A DNA stretch of 64,000 nucleotides from Macrostomum lignano (lineage: Eukaryota). The DNA lies in assembly GCA_002269645.1 (NCBI GenBank), contig NIVC01000028.1:248001-312000 (forward strand), in the 5' to 3' direction. The notes under the pieces are model-generated. The model was not told the DNA's origin, searched no databases, and saw only the letters and a list, made by a program, of their open reading frames with translations. This document shows positions 63,317 through 64,000 of this stretch, piece after piece (the stretch's first letter is position 1; the number at the start of each line of letters is the position of its first letter). The position numbers were made by a program, and so were the translations under genes.

Positions 63317-64000
63317 TACTATTACCAAAGCTTAAGTCCAACTCACAATAATCGATTGGAGCTAGGAACGTGTACCTTGACTACTCCGCACATGCTTAAA
63401 GTAATGCTTACTGTATATTTACTCTATTTAAAAAGTAAAAAAATTGTTTGCCTTAATCTCTGCGCCCGATAAAAGAGAAAAAAATCAGCACGCGAAGTTT
63501 CAAAAATACGTTTAGCAGGATAACAGAAGGCTTTATCAAAACAATCCAGTTTTATTCATGCAGCGCTACTCAAAGTAGCACGTCCAACCTGTAAGGAACG
63601 GTTATTTTTTACAGAGAAAGGTCCAGAATCGCATACTTTATTTACAACTCTGCCGTGCTGTTAAGGTCGTTGCGTTAACTAAAAGACACATTTTGGTTCA
63701 TTTAACAGCAGAACTTTAATAGACAGAAATTAGCAGCAAAAGTAACAAAAATTAAGGCAACATTTCTAACAGAAGATGAATAACTAAAACATCCTACTAA
63801 CAGTAGTTAAAATTTAACAGAAATTAACTTATAATAGAACGGCTCAAGTGCAGTAAAACTTTCTGGAAGCTTCTCAAGAAAAACTTAAAGCAAACTTCTT
63901 GATGGCAAAACCTAAAAAGTTACACCCATGGTTTGGTTCCCTAGCGACTGTCTCTCAAATGCAGCAGGCTTAATTAATGAAAATTAAAACAAAACAGAAT

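Noticed and set aside
62946-63351. Poly-Thr mucin-like and other homopolymer ORFs
   Set aside because: A (CTA)n microsatellite, on the wrong strand or side to be an exon of paralog 5.

Overview
Eukaryotic, repeat-rich invertebrate genomic DNA. It carries spliced genes with GT-AG introns and TTAGGG repeats, and its style resembles macrostomid flatworm assemblies, which is an inference only. The window has two domains. (1) 1-39,016 is almost entirely non-autonomous Helitron-type elements. At least five families (here A-E) are joined exactly head-to-tail at hairpin-CTAG|TC junctions into a train of more than 36 kb. A two-element inverted block (2263-11100) is inserted at an A^T site with no target-site duplication. 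Each family carries its own internal satellite, and four families carry a tRNA-like Pol III A-box/B-box cassette. No RepHel transposase ORF is present. (2) 39,100-64,000 holds five paralogous small secreted genes: four encode signal peptide-WSC-PAN/Apple in two exons, and one is WSC only with an internal deletion. A complete 5-exon tetraspanin gene lies among them, along with MITEs, SINEs (one with a MIR-type CORE), transposase remnants and micro/minisatellites. Most long ORFs in the supplied track are artefacts of tandem repeats. All coordinates were counted by hand and may be off by a few bases.
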